Origin: a virus
Taxonomy: Duplodnaviria > Heunggongvirae > Uroviricota > Caudoviricetes
Length of the DNA stretch: 64,000 nucleotides
Strand: one strand, 5' to 3'
IMG/VR virus record: IMGVR_UViG_3300009614_000107
Position numbers and translations under genes: made by a program. Numbering within the stretch: position 1 is the first letter of the stretch; the number at the start of each line of letters is the position of its first letter. The notes beneath the pieces are model-generated. The model was not told where the DNA came from. It did no database searches and saw only the letters and a program-made list of their open reading frames with translations. Positions 1 through 10,900 of this stretch are shown piece by piece.

Positions 1-44
1 CTGCAACTATGATTACTACTCTACTGACATCAATTGGTTCAGCG

Positions 45-491
45 TCACTCAACTTTCTTTACCACACCTTTGAATAGGTTATCTATTGTTTCCTTAGAAA
101 CAGAGACAATAGAACCATTTAGATTAACTTCAAGACTTTGCGTTTCTATATTGGCTGAGATATCCCAATGTTCTGGCCGACCATTTGGAAAATCGATTCC
201 ATAGTTACCTGTGTCTGTTTTGCTAGGTTGATAATCTAGTGTAATTGTGTTTTGGCTTGCACAGGCAAGTAGAACAATTGCAGTGATTAGCAATAGTATG
301 GTTATTGAGAGATTGATATAGAAGTCTGAAACAAAATTTACTTGTGTAGTCATTGATGTATAAACACCATATAGTAAATAGTTACTATATGTATAGTAAG
401 CTGCAAGTGCTGTTATTAATCCATAGAACATAAAAAGCAAGAATACAATGATGTATAGCTTTTTATTCAGTATTTTTGTATGTTTTGGCAT
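45..491 (-). CDS. hypothetical membrane protein (2 TM)
   Basis: 148 aa ORF, two hydrophobic segments, in operon with 491..772. Confidence 0.6.
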   Translation of the reverse strand: MPKHTKILNKKLYIIVFLLFMFYGLITALAAYYTYSNYLLYGVYTSMTTQVNFVSDFYINLSITILLLITAIVLLACASQNTITLDYQPSKTDTGNYGIDFPNGRPEHWDISANIETQSLEVNLNGSIVSVSKETIDNLFKGVVKKVE

Positions 492-772
492 TACTTTTCA
501 TCCTCAAGATCTGTTGGCTCATATCCCATAGCTTTTATGTATTCTTCAATTGTGTTTGGCTGACCAACTTCGAAATCAAAATCATCATTGAACGGACACA
601 TTTTGCACTGAGAATCGTCATCCTCACCACCCTGATTTGCTTGTTCTATAATTTCCGTCAATGCACCAACAACCGAGTTTTTGTACATTCGTATCGTAAA
701 GATGAATCCAAATACCAGTCCTACTGCTATTCCAACTACTATTGCTGAGACTGTATCAAGTTGTAGGCTCAA
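491..772 (-). CDS. hypothetical single-TM protein
   Basis: 93 aa ORF, N-terminal TM, acidic tail with CxxC. Confidence 0.55.
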   Translation of the reverse strand: MSLQLDTVSAIVVGIAVGLVFGFIFTIRMYKNSVVGALTEIIEQANQGGEDDDSQCKMCPFNDDFDFEVGQPNTIEEYIKAMGYEPTDLEDEK

Positions 773-1235
773 ATGTCTGTTCCTCCTCTACTTCTGGCTG
801 TAATCCCATTAGATATCCCATCGGACCAACCGAAAATGTCCAGTTCCAAAGGAATGCTGTGAGTATCGCCAGTCCATTTGCCATAAATAATGGAAAGATT
901 GTCACAGTACCATAAAGAACGAACATATTAATTATTACTCCAACTCCAGCAACTATAGCATAATTGACCAGAGACATATACCTAACATACAAATCTGCAA
1001 TTTGTGAATAATTGTCCTTGGTCACTTGGTGTAAGATATCTAATACAAGAGCTGGAAAGTACTTTAAACCGACACGCTTTTTGATTCTTTTTGTAACAAC
1101 AACTTTGGCTTTAAGTGCATCACGTAGTTTTGAATTTGTAAGTTCAAGTTTTTGAATTTCTCCGTGAAGCGACTCTATCTCTGCTGTTAGCTCGATTTCT
1201 GTCGGTGTTGGAACTCGTTTACTCAATATCATCAC
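756..1235 (-). CDS. GtrA-like lipid-linked sugar flippase with N-terminal coiled coil
   Basis: C-terminal YAIVAGVGVIINMFVLY...ANGLAILTAFLWNW pattern resembles GtrA; near a GT2 gene; GGTGA RBS. Confidence 0.6.
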   Translation of the reverse strand: MMILSKRVPTPTEIELTAEIESLHGEIQKLELTNSKLRDALKAKVVVTKRIKKRVGLKYFPALVLDILHQVTKDNYSQIADLYVRYMSLVNYAIVAGVGVIINMFVLYGTVTIFPLFMANGLAILTAFLWNWTFSVGPMGYLMGLQPEVEEEQTFEPTT

Positions 1236-1434
1236 CCACTGGTTTTGGAGTATCCTATAATATCAATCTAAGGGGATAATGCAAAATTTATAAATATTAT
1301 CTATTTTTTGATACATTACTCTTGTATTTTTGCTACGATCCAATCGTAAAGTTCCCAAAGATCGAGAAGCATTTGATGTAGTGATTCCCATATCCAATGC
1401 AACCACTCTTCAATTGATGGAAGATCATCTAGAT

Positions 1435-2088
1435 TTACCAACCTATACACATCCAAAGCAATTCTTTTATTATCTTTAATCCAACCTTAGTGGTTGTCTT
1501 TGATTTTCCTTCGGTTCTTTCAGTGAATGTTATTGGTATTTCTTTTAATGTAGGCTTTGCCTTCAATTCAACCTCTAAGCAAGTTTTCCAGGTGATCGGT
1601 TTAAATTGAACACGTTTGAGAACATCCCTTCGGATACCAAAGTATCCAGACATAGGATCAGATAGATTTGTTCCAGCAATATTTGCCAATTTTATACATC
1701 CCCAAGAGATTAGTTTACGGTAAAAAGAAGAATTGAACTCACTGCCCTCAATGAATCTGGAACCAACAACCATTTCATATGTATCAAGTGCTTTCCAGAA
1801 CTCTGGTATATGTTCTGGTGGATGTGAAGAGTCTGCATCCATAACAATAATTTTGTCACCTTTGGAATGAGAGAACCCATTAAGTATCGAGCGTTCTAGA
1901 GAATCACCATATGTCCACACTGTTTTCTGGTGTGGCATCTGTTGATATGGATAGAACTTCTTTTCTCTATCCCCCTGGACAACGATTATTTCATATTGGT
2001 CTGGAATGTCTGTCATAATCTCGTGTAGTGTAAGTAAGAATGCCTCTAGTTTTGGCTCATCCTTAACTGGCACTATCACTGATAACAT
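1435..2088 (-). CDS. GT2 polyprenol/dolichol-phosphate mannose synthase (DPM1-like)
   Basis: LSVIVPVKDE, VMDADSSHPP (DxD), MVVGSRF, SDPMSGYFGIR, PITFTERTEGKSK motifs. Confidence 0.9.
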   Translation of the reverse strand: MLSVIVPVKDEPKLEAFLLTLHEIMTDIPDQYEIIVVQGDREKKFYPYQQMPHQKTVWTYGDSLERSILNGFSHSKGDKIIVMDADSSHPPEHIPEFWKALDTYEMVVGSRFIEGSEFNSSFYRKLISWGCIKLANIAGTNLSDPMSGYFGIRRDVLKRVQFKPITWKTCLEVELKAKPTLKEIPITFTERTEGKSKTTTKVGLKIIKELLWMCIGW

Positions 2089-2666
2089 TAACTTTCTTCC
2101 TTGTTTTCTACCTCAAAGACAACGTTTTGCTTTCTCAACCATTCAGCAAACATTTCTGGGTCTTTGAACTTAATTGTCTCTTTGGGAACCTTTGGTAATC
2201 CTGTAATCCAAAGATAATCAATTAATATAAATCCAATCGCCATCGTCAAAATTGGGGCATATATTGGTGCTGTAATAAATAAAACAATTGTAGAAAGTAC
2301 CATTCCAAATAAAAGAAATGCAGCAAGAACTCTTTTTATTTGTCTAAAATGTGGTATTGATTTAAATTTGAATCTTTCTTGGTAACTTCTAAGTTTTACT
2401 GGTCTACGTGGTGGGAGATGAACTGCCTGTGCCTTTTGTGGTGCTGGTTTTACATTGGCAGTCGGAACGAGAACTTCTGCTTTTTTTGCAGGCCGTCCAC
2501 GTCCACGCCTTGTTTCTTGAGTTTCTGTAACCGTTGCCTGACCATTAACCGTGGGTTGGGTCTTTTTCTTCCACTCCTCTGGGATCCTTGACAGTGGGTC
2601 ATCTGGTTTCTCCTTTGGTTTAAAAAGGAAGGCGAGTGGGTTCTTTATTCTAAACTTCTTTCTCAA
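2088..2666 (-). CDS. basic membrane protein with AT-hook-like RGRGRP motif
   Basis: 192 aa, RRGRGRPAKK, two C-terminal TM segments. Confidence 0.55.
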   Translation of the reverse strand: MRKKFRIKNPLAFLFKPKEKPDDPLSRIPEEWKKKTQPTVNGQATVTETQETRRGRGRPAKKAEVLVPTANVKPAPQKAQAVHLPPRRPVKLRSYQERFKFKSIPHFRQIKRVLAAFLLFGMVLSTIVLFITAPIYAPILTMAIGFILIDYLWITGLPKVPKETIKFKDPEMFAEWLRKQNVVFEVENKEES

Positions 2667-3106
2667 AGAATGTCCCTCAAGAGACTTGTTACTTCTTCAA
2701 CCATATCTCCCCAAAGTATCCTCTCAGGTGTTCGAATTTCAATTGCGTGTGCTATGAAGAACGGAGCTGGAATGAACATGTTTTTATGAAGTTGAAGCAT
2801 ATGGAATCTGTTTACTATCCAATCTGGGTGTTGTCTATGTAATCTATCATAAATTCTGTCAAACCCAACATCTCGATGGGTATGAACTATAAACAGTTTT
2901 GAGTAGTTGTTTACACTAACTTTTTGTAGAGTCCAAGACCAGAAGAATATTTTTCTTTCCTTTACTTCCTCTGGGATAGAATCGTAATCATCAACTTTGA
3001 TTGTTTTTAGCATATTCTTTTGGCGAAGTTCTATTTCCTTTCTTCTCCAAGGTGGTAAATTATTCATTTCTGTATGTCTATGTCCATTACTTTTTCCATT
3101 ACCCAT
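2663..3106 (-). CDS. hypothetical protein
   Basis: 147 aa ORF, 4-nt overlap with the next gene, AGGTGA RBS. Confidence 0.55.
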   Translation of the reverse strand: MGNGKSNGHRHTEMNNLPPWRRKEIELRQKNMLKTIKVDDYDSIPEEVKERKIFFWSWTLQKVSVNNYSKLFIVHTHRDVGFDRIYDRLHRQHPDWIVNRFHMLQLHKNMFIPAPFFIAHAIEIRTPERILWGDMVEEVTSLLRDIL

Positions 3107-3116
3107 CTGACATCAC

Positions 3117-3989
3117 CTATTGTGTACTTGCTACCTTTTTAGGTTTAGCTGGAACCATCATACATATGACCATAATTGCACCTGTTGTGACAACTTTACA
3201 AAGTGTGTTTAACATATGAACCCAATAATCAGGAACATAGAATGGATATCCTGCTGCTATTCCATCATTGTGTAAATGTACTGCATAGAATGTTTGTGGG
3301 AACATATTACTTGATGTCCACGGACCCCAATCTGTCTGAACTGTTATGTGTGCTGCTGGAACTGGATAGAATATCCAGAGAAGCCAAAGTCCTATTGCAG
3401 AGAATACGACTATCCATTTCTTCCAATTCATCTCTATTTTATATCTACACGTGTATAGGTAGAGAAGTGTGAGTATCCCGACTGCTGTCCAGGAATAGAA
3501 ACTAAAGAGATTTGTCCATTGTTTTGGGGCAAATGTAATTGCCCAAGGTTGGTTCTGGAAGTAAGCATACGAGCGATTCCACATTGTTTCGAAAATGCCA
3601 ATATTCATCAGGGAAAGAATTGCCGAACAGAGGAAATTCATTGATTTGTGGATGCCAACTTTTTCAAAATGATATGATAGTATGACGAATGCTATACCAT
3701 AAATTACAGGTGCTGAGAAGTGATTGTCAATACCATAATAATACATTGATGCTTCACGAATTTGTTCTAAGGTCATAGAACCAGTTAGGAACTTCGGAAG
3801 ATCTTGCCAAAAAACATTTAGTTGACCCCAAGTAGAGTCAAACCCTAGCGCAAACCAAGCTGCTGTAGCAATCATAACAACTACTAGGAAATATTGCCTC
3901 CAGCCCTTTGGATTTGAAATCCAACCAATTAGATCAAACTTCCAAACTTTAAAATGAAGTTTGTCTAACTTATCGAAGATAGAGTCCAT
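3117..3989 (-). CDS. multi-pass membrane protein
   Basis: 290 aa, about 7 hydrophobic segments. Confidence 0.7.
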   Translation of the reverse strand: MDSIFDKLDKLHFKVWKFDLIGWISNPKGWRQYFLVVVMIATAAWFALGFDSTWGQLNVFWQDLPKFLTGSMTLEQIREASMYYYGIDNHFSAPVIYGIAFVILSYHFEKVGIHKSMNFLCSAILSLMNIGIFETMWNRSYAYFQNQPWAITFAPKQWTNLFSFYSWTAVGILTLLYLYTCRYKIEMNWKKWIVVFSAIGLWLLWIFYPVPAAHITVQTDWGPWTSSNMFPQTFYAVHLHNDGIAAGYPFYVPDYWVHMLNTLCKVVTTGAIMVICMMVPAKPKKVASTQ

Positions 3990-4187
3990 AATTCATTATA
4001 TATCATTATAATGGTATGATAAAAGCGTTTTATATTTTCTGGCGTTTTTCACATTCTTTTATATAATCTTCTGCCAAAGAACGTGACTTGAAACTCTTCT
4101 TTATGCGCCATAATCCTTTACCACTGTCTGGTGCATCGAAAACGACATACATCTTAGACTTTACATTTCTTTTTATTTTTAACAAAC

Positions 4188-4319
4188 TCAGTTGCCTCTC
4201 CTAGACTTGGTTTCTTTACCGTAGTAATACTTTCTAGATGCTCTGCGCCACTGAGCACGGAGTCTATTTAGTTCGGCATTGGAACTTTTCTTTCTTGGTC
4301 TACCACGTGGTTTTGCCAT
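4188..4319 (-). CDS. small basic AT-hook protein (43 aa; not in ORF track)
   Basis: Hand translation MAKPRGRPRKKSSNAELNRLRAQWRRASRKYYYGKETKSRRGN; GGTGA RBS upstream. Confidence 0.7.
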   Translation of the reverse strand: MAKPRGRPRKKSSNAELNRLRAQWRRASRKYYYGKETKSRRGN

Positions 4320-4329
4320 TCATATCACC

Positions 4330-4617
4330 TTAGAATGACCATCTTTTATGTTTAATCGTTTTCTTGTCTTGGATTCTGTGTTTTGCAGCATCAATAGAGT
4401 CTACTTTATGGCTAGTTTGGACTTCTAATTCGGAGAGATAGTTAGTCAGATATACAATCTGCTTTCTGTTATTCTTTCCTTTATATTCCTCTTTACCCTG
4501 GGAAACCAGATATCTACGATGTCTAATTTCTTCAATAATCTTCTTGCGCTTCTTTTCAAAGGCTTCCTTTACAGCCCTCTTGCGCTTCTCTGCTTGTGCT
4601 GTTACTTGACTGACCAA
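4330..4617 (-). CDS. basic hypothetical protein
   Basis: 95 aa Lys/Arg-rich; preceded by the TTATCATAA-type promoter motif. Confidence 0.55.
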   Translation of the reverse strand: MVSQVTAQAEKRKRAVKEAFEKKRKKIIEEIRHRRYLVSQGKEEYKGKNNRKQIVYLTNYLSELEVQTSHKVDSIDAAKHRIQDKKTIKHKRWSF

Positions 4618-4708
4618 TGTCGTTCTGTATGATAATTCGTTGAATGGGAATAAAAAGATTATGATAATTCTGTGAGGCTGAAAATTAAAAATTAACTAAC
4701 TCTGACTT

Positions 4709-4966
4709 CTATTTCTTTCTGCCAGAATGTTTCTTTGCCACGTGTCCCTCATATTTATTAATATAGAGGTTCCAGATATCCTTACTAAATTTTGACTTTG
4801 CTGGTATTTTTCTGTATCTAAAATCCCTCTTTGGGTTCATTTTCTCAAGAAATTTCTTCCTCTGTTGCAGTTCTTTGAGGGAATAGAACGTATCTTCAAG
4901 CCTATAAGCAACATTGTCTATATGTATTAGACCAAAATCGGGATCCCATCCTCTTCCTCTATACAT
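4709..4966 (-). CDS. basic hypothetical protein
   Basis: 85 aa Lys/Arg-rich ORF. Confidence 0.5.
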   Translation of the reverse strand: MYRGRGWDPDFGLIHIDNVAYRLEDTFYSLKELQQRKKFLEKMNPKRDFRYRKIPAKSKFSKDIWNLYINKYEGHVAKKHSGRKK

Positions 4967-5014
4967 TTGAAATTCCTTCGTTGTGTTATCTTTTTTATGA
5001 TGATTTTTGTGAGG

Positions 5015-6157
5015 CTACTCTACTGCTCTCTTGGTTGAAGGAGAACGAAGAATAGGCTCTGGTGGAGAAGAACGAAGAATAGGAGAAGGACCCGCACGGA
5101 TTTCAGGAGGAGAGATTCGTTCTGGCATACCTGTGTGTACCGTCTGTAGTCCAGACTTAGATTGGAACTTTGCCTCTGCTGCTGATTTGCCAGATGGTGA
5201 TTTGTAGTAACTATGTGTTATGTTTGAGTAGTAACCACCGCCAGCTATATCCTTTGATATTCCTGGTCCCTGAACAACTTGTGACTCTTTTGGCGATCTA
5301 GTACTACCAAAATCAATTGGTCCTTTAGGTGGACTTATTGGATTGCCTATATTTATTGGAACACTGCCACCACCATAGACGTAGCCACCACTCTTATTTA
5401 CACCAACCCACGCTGGCTCTTCTGCCACAGATCTATCTAGATAAAGGGAAATTCCCTTATGCTCTGCTTTTGCTTGTCTTGCGAGTTTACGTAATGCTAA
5501 ACTGTTGTCAAATGATGGCTCTGAGAAATCCATTATGTCATAGACTTCTGGATAGAAGTTCTTTATTGTTGTACGTGCTGCGTTTCTCTTGATTCTGTCT
5601 GATGAATAGGCAGCGTTAATCAGTTTTCTAACGTTTTCCTGTTCAACCTTACTCACATATTCTGTGGCTGTTGCCTTGAGTGCCTGAGCTCCAGCTTTGG
5701 TTCCTTTCTTTGCAACATCAAAAGCAACGTTTCCACCCTTAACAGCATATTTTGCACCAAGTTTGACTGCTGTTTCTCCGTGCTTTCTGATTGCCTGGAC
5801 TCCTCTTGTGGCTGCTTCCTTGGCTGTGTTTCCTATGAATGATAGGACTGAACTTATTGATGGGTCAATGAGATCAACTGCTATTGGTGTTCTTCTGCTA
5901 GTACGCTCTTCGTATGCCTCATCAAGTGCAGAAGCATATGAATCTGCAATAACTACAACTGATTCTCCGTCATCTTTCTTGTTTGAATAGATGAAATTGG
6001 CTGTAAAAGCCTTTGGTCCAATTGCCATTGCTGGCCCACCTTTTTTGGTTTTTACAACTTTTCCACCAGCACCACGTTTATATGTGCGTACTATAGTACC
6101 ATCTGTTTTCTTGTGTCCTTTTACAATGTGCTTTATCGGGTGCTTTCTTCCAGCCAT
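5015..6157 (-). CDS. basic protein with N-terminal HxVxxH tag and shared beta-beta-alpha-beta module (putative virion protein)
   Basis: N-terminus KHIVKGHKKTDGTIVRTYKRGAG; module FTANFIY...VVVIADSYASALDEAYEER; Pro/Ser-rich tail. Confidence 0.65.
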   Translation of the reverse strand: MAGRKHPIKHIVKGHKKTDGTIVRTYKRGAGGKVVKTKKGGPAMAIGPKAFTANFIYSNKKDDGESVVVIADSYASALDEAYEERTSRRTPIAVDLIDPSISSVLSFIGNTAKEAATRGVQAIRKHGETAVKLGAKYAVKGGNVAFDVAKKGTKAGAQALKATATEYVSKVEQENVRKLINAAYSSDRIKRNAARTTIKNFYPEVYDIMDFSEPSFDNSLALRKLARQAKAEHKGISLYLDRSVAEEPAWVGVNKSGGYVYGGGSVPINIGNPISPPKGPIDFGSTRSPKESQVVQGPGISKDIAGGGYYSNITHSYYKSPSGKSAAEAKFQSKSGLQTVHTGMPERISPPEIRAGPSPILRSSPPEPILRSPSTKRAVE

Positions 6158-6165
6158 TTTTTAGA

Positions 6166-6717
6166 TCATCCCAGAATGTTTACTTTTCCACCGTTATAGT
6201 AGTACTCAAAAGTATCTCCATCTTTTCCGATTACCCTATAATATGGAGCATAGTTATGAATTCCTGCTTGTGTCTGGTAGTAGTTTACATCATCGTAGAA
6301 GTCAATGAGTCTGAATTCCTTGAAGCTGTCAAGAACATTCTCCTCACGATAGCCGAAGGGGTTGTTTACTCTCTCCTTGCCTGACTTGCCCTTCCACTGA
6401 TCTAGAAGGAAATCTAGCCCTTTCTTGTTTTGTTCTGCTGTTAGTTTAAAACCCTCTCCATCCTCTGGCCAAGGTATATCATCATACTTTATTCTACCAG
6501 CATTGAGCCTATTTTTCCATAACTTCAAATCACTCTCAGAGACTACTCTGCCTTCTGTGCTGACAGATCTCTTCAAGTAGTGTGGAATTGTAATAGTTCT
6601 CTTGCTAGGCATTCCGTGACCACTGATGTAGTTTCTAACGTGAATTACTTTACCATCAACGTGTCTAGTATGTGAACTTACCTTGTGCTGGACTGGTGAC
6701 TTTCTTCCCATACGCAA
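6166..6717 (-). CDS. protein with N-terminal HxVxxHxR tag (putative virion protein)
   Basis: QHKVSSHTRHVDGKVIHVRNYISGHG. Confidence 0.65.
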   Translation of the reverse strand: MRMGRKSPVQHKVSSHTRHVDGKVIHVRNYISGHGMPSKRTITIPHYLKRSVSTEGRVVSESDLKLWKNRLNAGRIKYDDIPWPEDGEGFKLTAEQNKKGLDFLLDQWKGKSGKERVNNPFGYREENVLDSFKEFRLIDFYDDVNYYQTQAGIHNYAPYYRVIGKDGDTFEYYYNGGKVNILG

Positions 6718-6740
6718 TCCTCTATGGTGAGAATGTATGG

Positions 6741-6766
6741 AGCTGAATATAAAAGGTTTATGATAA
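6741..6766 (-). promoter_or_regulatory. second promoter class TTATCATAA-N4-TTTATAT/TTTATT (copies at 4649-4667, 7169-7194, 58141-58161, 63374-63399)
   Basis: Interrupted palindrome TTAT-S-ATAA at fixed spacing before a TATA-like run; found upstream of putative structural genes. Confidence 0.65.
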
Positions 6767-6777
6767 ATAAAGGACTT

Positions 6778-7140
6778 CTAGTCCTCATCATCTGTGACTC
6801 TAGTCACAAAATGCACAGCAAGATCGTCTGCTGTCCAAGTTTCGCCCTGTCTGAGGGAAAGTATCTTCATTATATCCTCTGGATCATATCCCTTATCCAT
6901 TGTGAAGAACTCTGCATTGACGAAACGCTGTTGTGGCTTGTAGTAACCGCTTCCCCATACTGCAAGGTAGTCTTTCTTTTCCTTATTAACACCACCATAA
7001 TCGAGATATCTGGACGGTAAACCGACCTCTCTTCTTGGTTTGAATCCCTGACCACGATAGTGTCTATGAACATAAACTTTGTGTCCATCTACAAGTCTGG
7101 TATGTGCCTGGACAACGTGTCTTGTTACTTTCTTTGCCAC
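6778..7140 (-). CDS. protein with N-terminal HxVxxHxR tag (putative virion protein)
   Basis: RHVVQAHTRLVDGHKVYVHRHYRGQG; GTG start. Confidence 0.65.
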   Translation of the reverse strand: MAKKVTRHVVQAHTRLVDGHKVYVHRHYRGQGFKPRREVGLPSRYLDYGGVNKEKKDYLAVWGSGYYKPQQRFVNAEFFTMDKGYDPEDIMKILSLRQGETWTADDLAVHFVTRVTDDED

Positions 7141-7200
7141 ACTGTGTCGCCTTTGCAGAGAATATGGTAGCTGAATATAAAAAGTTTATGATAATTAATC

Positions 7201-7611
7201 TTACTTCTTCATCACAGCAGTTCCAACTGCTGCTCCGATTATGAGGCAGACTATAACAGACCAGAACATACACTGCTGGATTGAAGCTGGTGCAAGCATT
7301 GCATCTGTTAGATAGCCTTCATTATGTAGTGCATTGAGAAGGAATGCAACACTTACTCCTATTCCACCGAAAGCAGCAACAACAAAAATTGGGCTGTCAC
7401 TGGACTTTGTTAGAAGGAAGAGACTGATCATTAGAGCAAAGATGAAAGGGAATACATTGATCAGGCTTTTTGACATAGCATCTGTAAACCCAAATGCTGG
7501 ACCATATAGGATTAAGAACATTATGATTACTATTACAACTAACACTATTACAGCAAATGTTCCTACTCCTCTGAGATCTCCCATATCAAATCCACGTTTA
7601 TGTCTGCCCAT
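7201..7611 (-). CDS. 4-TM membrane protein
   Basis: 136 aa, four hydrophobic helices. Confidence 0.65.
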   Translation of the reverse strand: MGRHKRGFDMGDLRGVGTFAVIVLVVIVIIMFLILYGPAFGFTDAMSKSLINVFPFIFALMISLFLLTKSSDSPIFVVAAFGGIGVSVAFLLNALHNEGYLTDAMLAPASIQQCMFWSVIVCLIIGAAVGTAVMKK

Positions 7612-7949
7612 TACCTATTTCTCCTTCTAAATACTACTATGTATAATGCTACCACAACCACACCTATAAATATCACCCACCAAGGGAAGCCCCCTGTGCC
7701 AACTACATTAATAATAGATGTAGATGTGTAGAGTGTTGTGCATGTTGTAAAATTATTAAATGTACTAGTTGTGTTCAGTGTTGCTGTAGTTACATAAGTT
7801 GTCACAGTTGATGATAATATAGCTGTGGCAGTTTCTGTTATGGTTGTATCAGTCGTGGTTGTTGTATCACAGAAGCAAATAATAGGAAATGTTCTAATTA
7901 AAAATATTATGAGAACAAATATTCCTAATAATTTTTTAATTTTTACCAT
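7611..7949 (-). CDS. short Thr-rich exported protein with GGFPWW-TM-RRR C-terminal anchor
   Basis: Signal peptide, poly-Thr, C-terminus GTGGFPWWVIFIGVVVVALYIVVFRRRNR. Confidence 0.7.
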   Translation of the reverse strand: MVKIKKLLGIFVLIIFLIRTFPIICFCDTTTTTDTTITETATAILSSTVTTYVTTATLNTTSTFNNFTTCTTLYTSTSIINVVGTGGFPWWVIFIGVVVVALYIVVFRRRNR

Positions 7950-7951
7950 AC

Positions 7952-10900
7952 TTATCTACGCCTTCTTTCCCTTGCCATGATTGCAACCGCTAAAACTATT
8001 ACTCCTATGAAGATTATCCACCAAGGGAACCCTCCACCACCACTAATAACGCCTGTGGTTGATGTAAGTTCTGTAATTGTTGTAGTTAATATTATTGAAC
8101 TTTCGGTAGAAGTTGCTGTGATTGTTGCTGTTGAGGTGTCAACCGCAGATGTAGAAGTGAATGTTATGTAGGCTGTAATCGTGGTGCTCACGATGAAATA
8201 TGTGGCAGTTTGAGTGGTACTTGTTGTTGTGCTTTCAAATGATGTTGACATACAGGTCATTGTTGTGCTATCAGATATTGTTGCACAAGTTGTGGTTGTT
8301 GTTGCTATTACATATGTTGATGTATCACATGTTGTTGTACAAGTAACTTTAAGAATTAACTGAGTAAATGTATCACATGATGTTGTGCTAGTTAATGTTG
8401 TAAATATAAATGTATCACATGTTGTTGTTGAAGTGTAATTTATTATTGTATCTGTTTCACAATATGTGGTGTAAGTTTCGCTTGTTTCAATAGATGTATA
8501 GCATGTTGTTGTACGTGTGGAAGTAACAGAAGTTTCTGTTGTACAACTTGATGTACATGTAGTTGTAACTGAGATTGTTGTACTACATGTTGTTGTTGAT
8601 GTTATGGTAATTGAAACAAATGTACTACATGTTGTTGTACAAGAAGTTGTAACAGATGTAAATGTACTGCATGTTGTCTCACAAGTTGTGGTTATTGATG
8701 TTTGTGTTTCAGATGTTGTTGTACAGGTTGTTGTGGATGTTATACTAACAGATGTTGAACATGTTGTGGAACATGTAATTGAAGTAGAAATAGAAGTACT
8801 ACATGTTGTTGTGCAAGTGTTTGATGTAAATACACTAGTGGTACATGTTGAAGTACAAGTTAGTGATGTGAAAACTGATGTAGTACAGGTTGATGTACAT
8901 GTGGTAGTAATAGAAGTGAATGTACTACAAGTAGAAGTGCATGTAGTTGTAATGCTAGTTTCAGTAGATGTTGTACATGTTGTTGTAGATGTTGTTGTTA
9001 CTGAAGTAAATGTACTACAGGATGATGTACAAGTTGTTGTGATGCTTGTAAAAGTACTACAGGTAGAGGTACATGTTGTACTGATAGAAGTTGATGTACT
9101 ACATGTTGTTGTTGAAGTTAGTGATGTAGATACAGATGTGGTACAAGTTGTAGTACAAGTTACACTTGTAGAAATAGATGTGGTACATGTTGTAGTACTA
9201 GTTGTAGTTATACTTGTAAATGTAGAGCATGTAGTGGTACATGTTAATAAATTAGAGATAGAAGTTGAACATGTTGTTGTGCATGTATTATATGTTGAGA
9301 AAGATGTTGTGCATGTAGTTGTTGTTGTTTTTGATGTTTCAAAAGATGTTGTACAGGTTGTAGTGCAAGTAATGCTTGTAGAAATTGATGTAATACATGT
9401 TGTCTCACAAGTTGTAGTGCTAGATGCAGCAAATATTTGTAATTTTAGTTCTATATAATCTATGTAGAGAACATGCCCAGCATTACCATTGCTAAGGTGG
9501 TTGATTCTAAAGAAAGCATTACCAGCACCATTCACAAAATCATCATGATCTAATCCAACTGTAGAATTATACCAAACATCTGCTGGTTGGTTAGTAAGTC
9601 TTAAACCATCATTTACCCAAGTTAGTCCAATCCCAGGTTCCTGATAGTAGAACTGGTTTTCAACATCATGTTGGTTGCTCCCAGCGTAGTGTCCATAAAT
9701 GTTAATCCTTGCATTAAAACAATCAGGAACAGCAGTAAAATTATATGGAACTATTAGGACAGGTGCTACACCACCTGACTCATCAACTATGTAATAATGT
9801 CCGTCTTTTGTCTGGACGGACTGGAGATTACCAGATACATAGACTCCTGCTGCCACTGTGATTTTGCTTGGAACCATTGTAAAGAACTGACCACCAGTTA
9901 CTGTCGTTATTGTAGATGTAATTGAGGTTGTTGTGGTTGTTTCTGATGTTGTACATGTTGTGGTAGAGGTTTCTGTTGTTGATTTCATGGTGGAAGAAGT
10001 ACTACAGGACGTTGTGCATGTTGTGGTTACAGATGTTGTAGTGGAACAACTTGAAGTACAAGTTGTAGTTATAGAAGTGAAAGTGCTACAGGTTGAGGTA
10101 CATGTAGTAGTTATAGATGTTGTTGTTGAACAAGAAGAAGTACATGTTGTTGTTGTTGTCTGAGATGTCAATATTGAAGTTGTGCATGTCGTTGTACTTG
10201 TTGTAGTTATAGAAGTAAATGTTGAACATGTAGTAGTACACGTAGTTGTTGTTGTTTTTGATGTTTCTGTTGATGTTTCACAAGTTGTTGTACATGTTGT
10301 AGTAACACTTGTGAATGTAGAACAAGTCGTTGTACATGTAGTATTAACTGAAGTAGATGTACTGCATGTTGTGGTAGAAGTTGTTGTTATAGAAGTAGAT
10401 GTACTACATGTAGTAGTACATGTTAATGATGTAGAAACTGATGTTGTGCATGTAGTTGTACAAGTAACATTAGTTGAGACAGAAGTTGAACATGTTGTTG
10501 TACATGTTAATGATGTAGAAACTGAAGTAGTACACGTTGTAGTACTTGTTGTGGTGATATTTGTTAAAGTTAAACATGTAGTTGTTGATGTTGTTGTTAT
10601 AGAAGTAGATGTACTACATGTAGTGGTAGAAGTTGTATCAATAGATGTTGATGTACTACAACTTGAAGTACATGTTGTGGTTGTTGTTTGTGTAGTTGAA
10701 ATTGATGTAGTACAAGTTGATGTACAGGTTGTAGTTATAGAGGTAGATGTTTCACAGCTAGTTGTGCATGTAGTTGTCACAGATGTGTTTGTTAAACAGG
10801 ATGTGGTGCATGTAGTTGTAACTGAACTTTCTGTCTCACAGGTTGTAGTTGTTGTTTCACTAATTTCTGTCCGTGTCGAACATGTAGTTGTACACGTTAA

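Noticed and set aside
3117-3989. Archaeosortase call for the multi-pass membrane protein
   Set aside because: No recognisable catalytic Cys-x-Gly and Arg arrangement; kept only as an unassigned membrane protein
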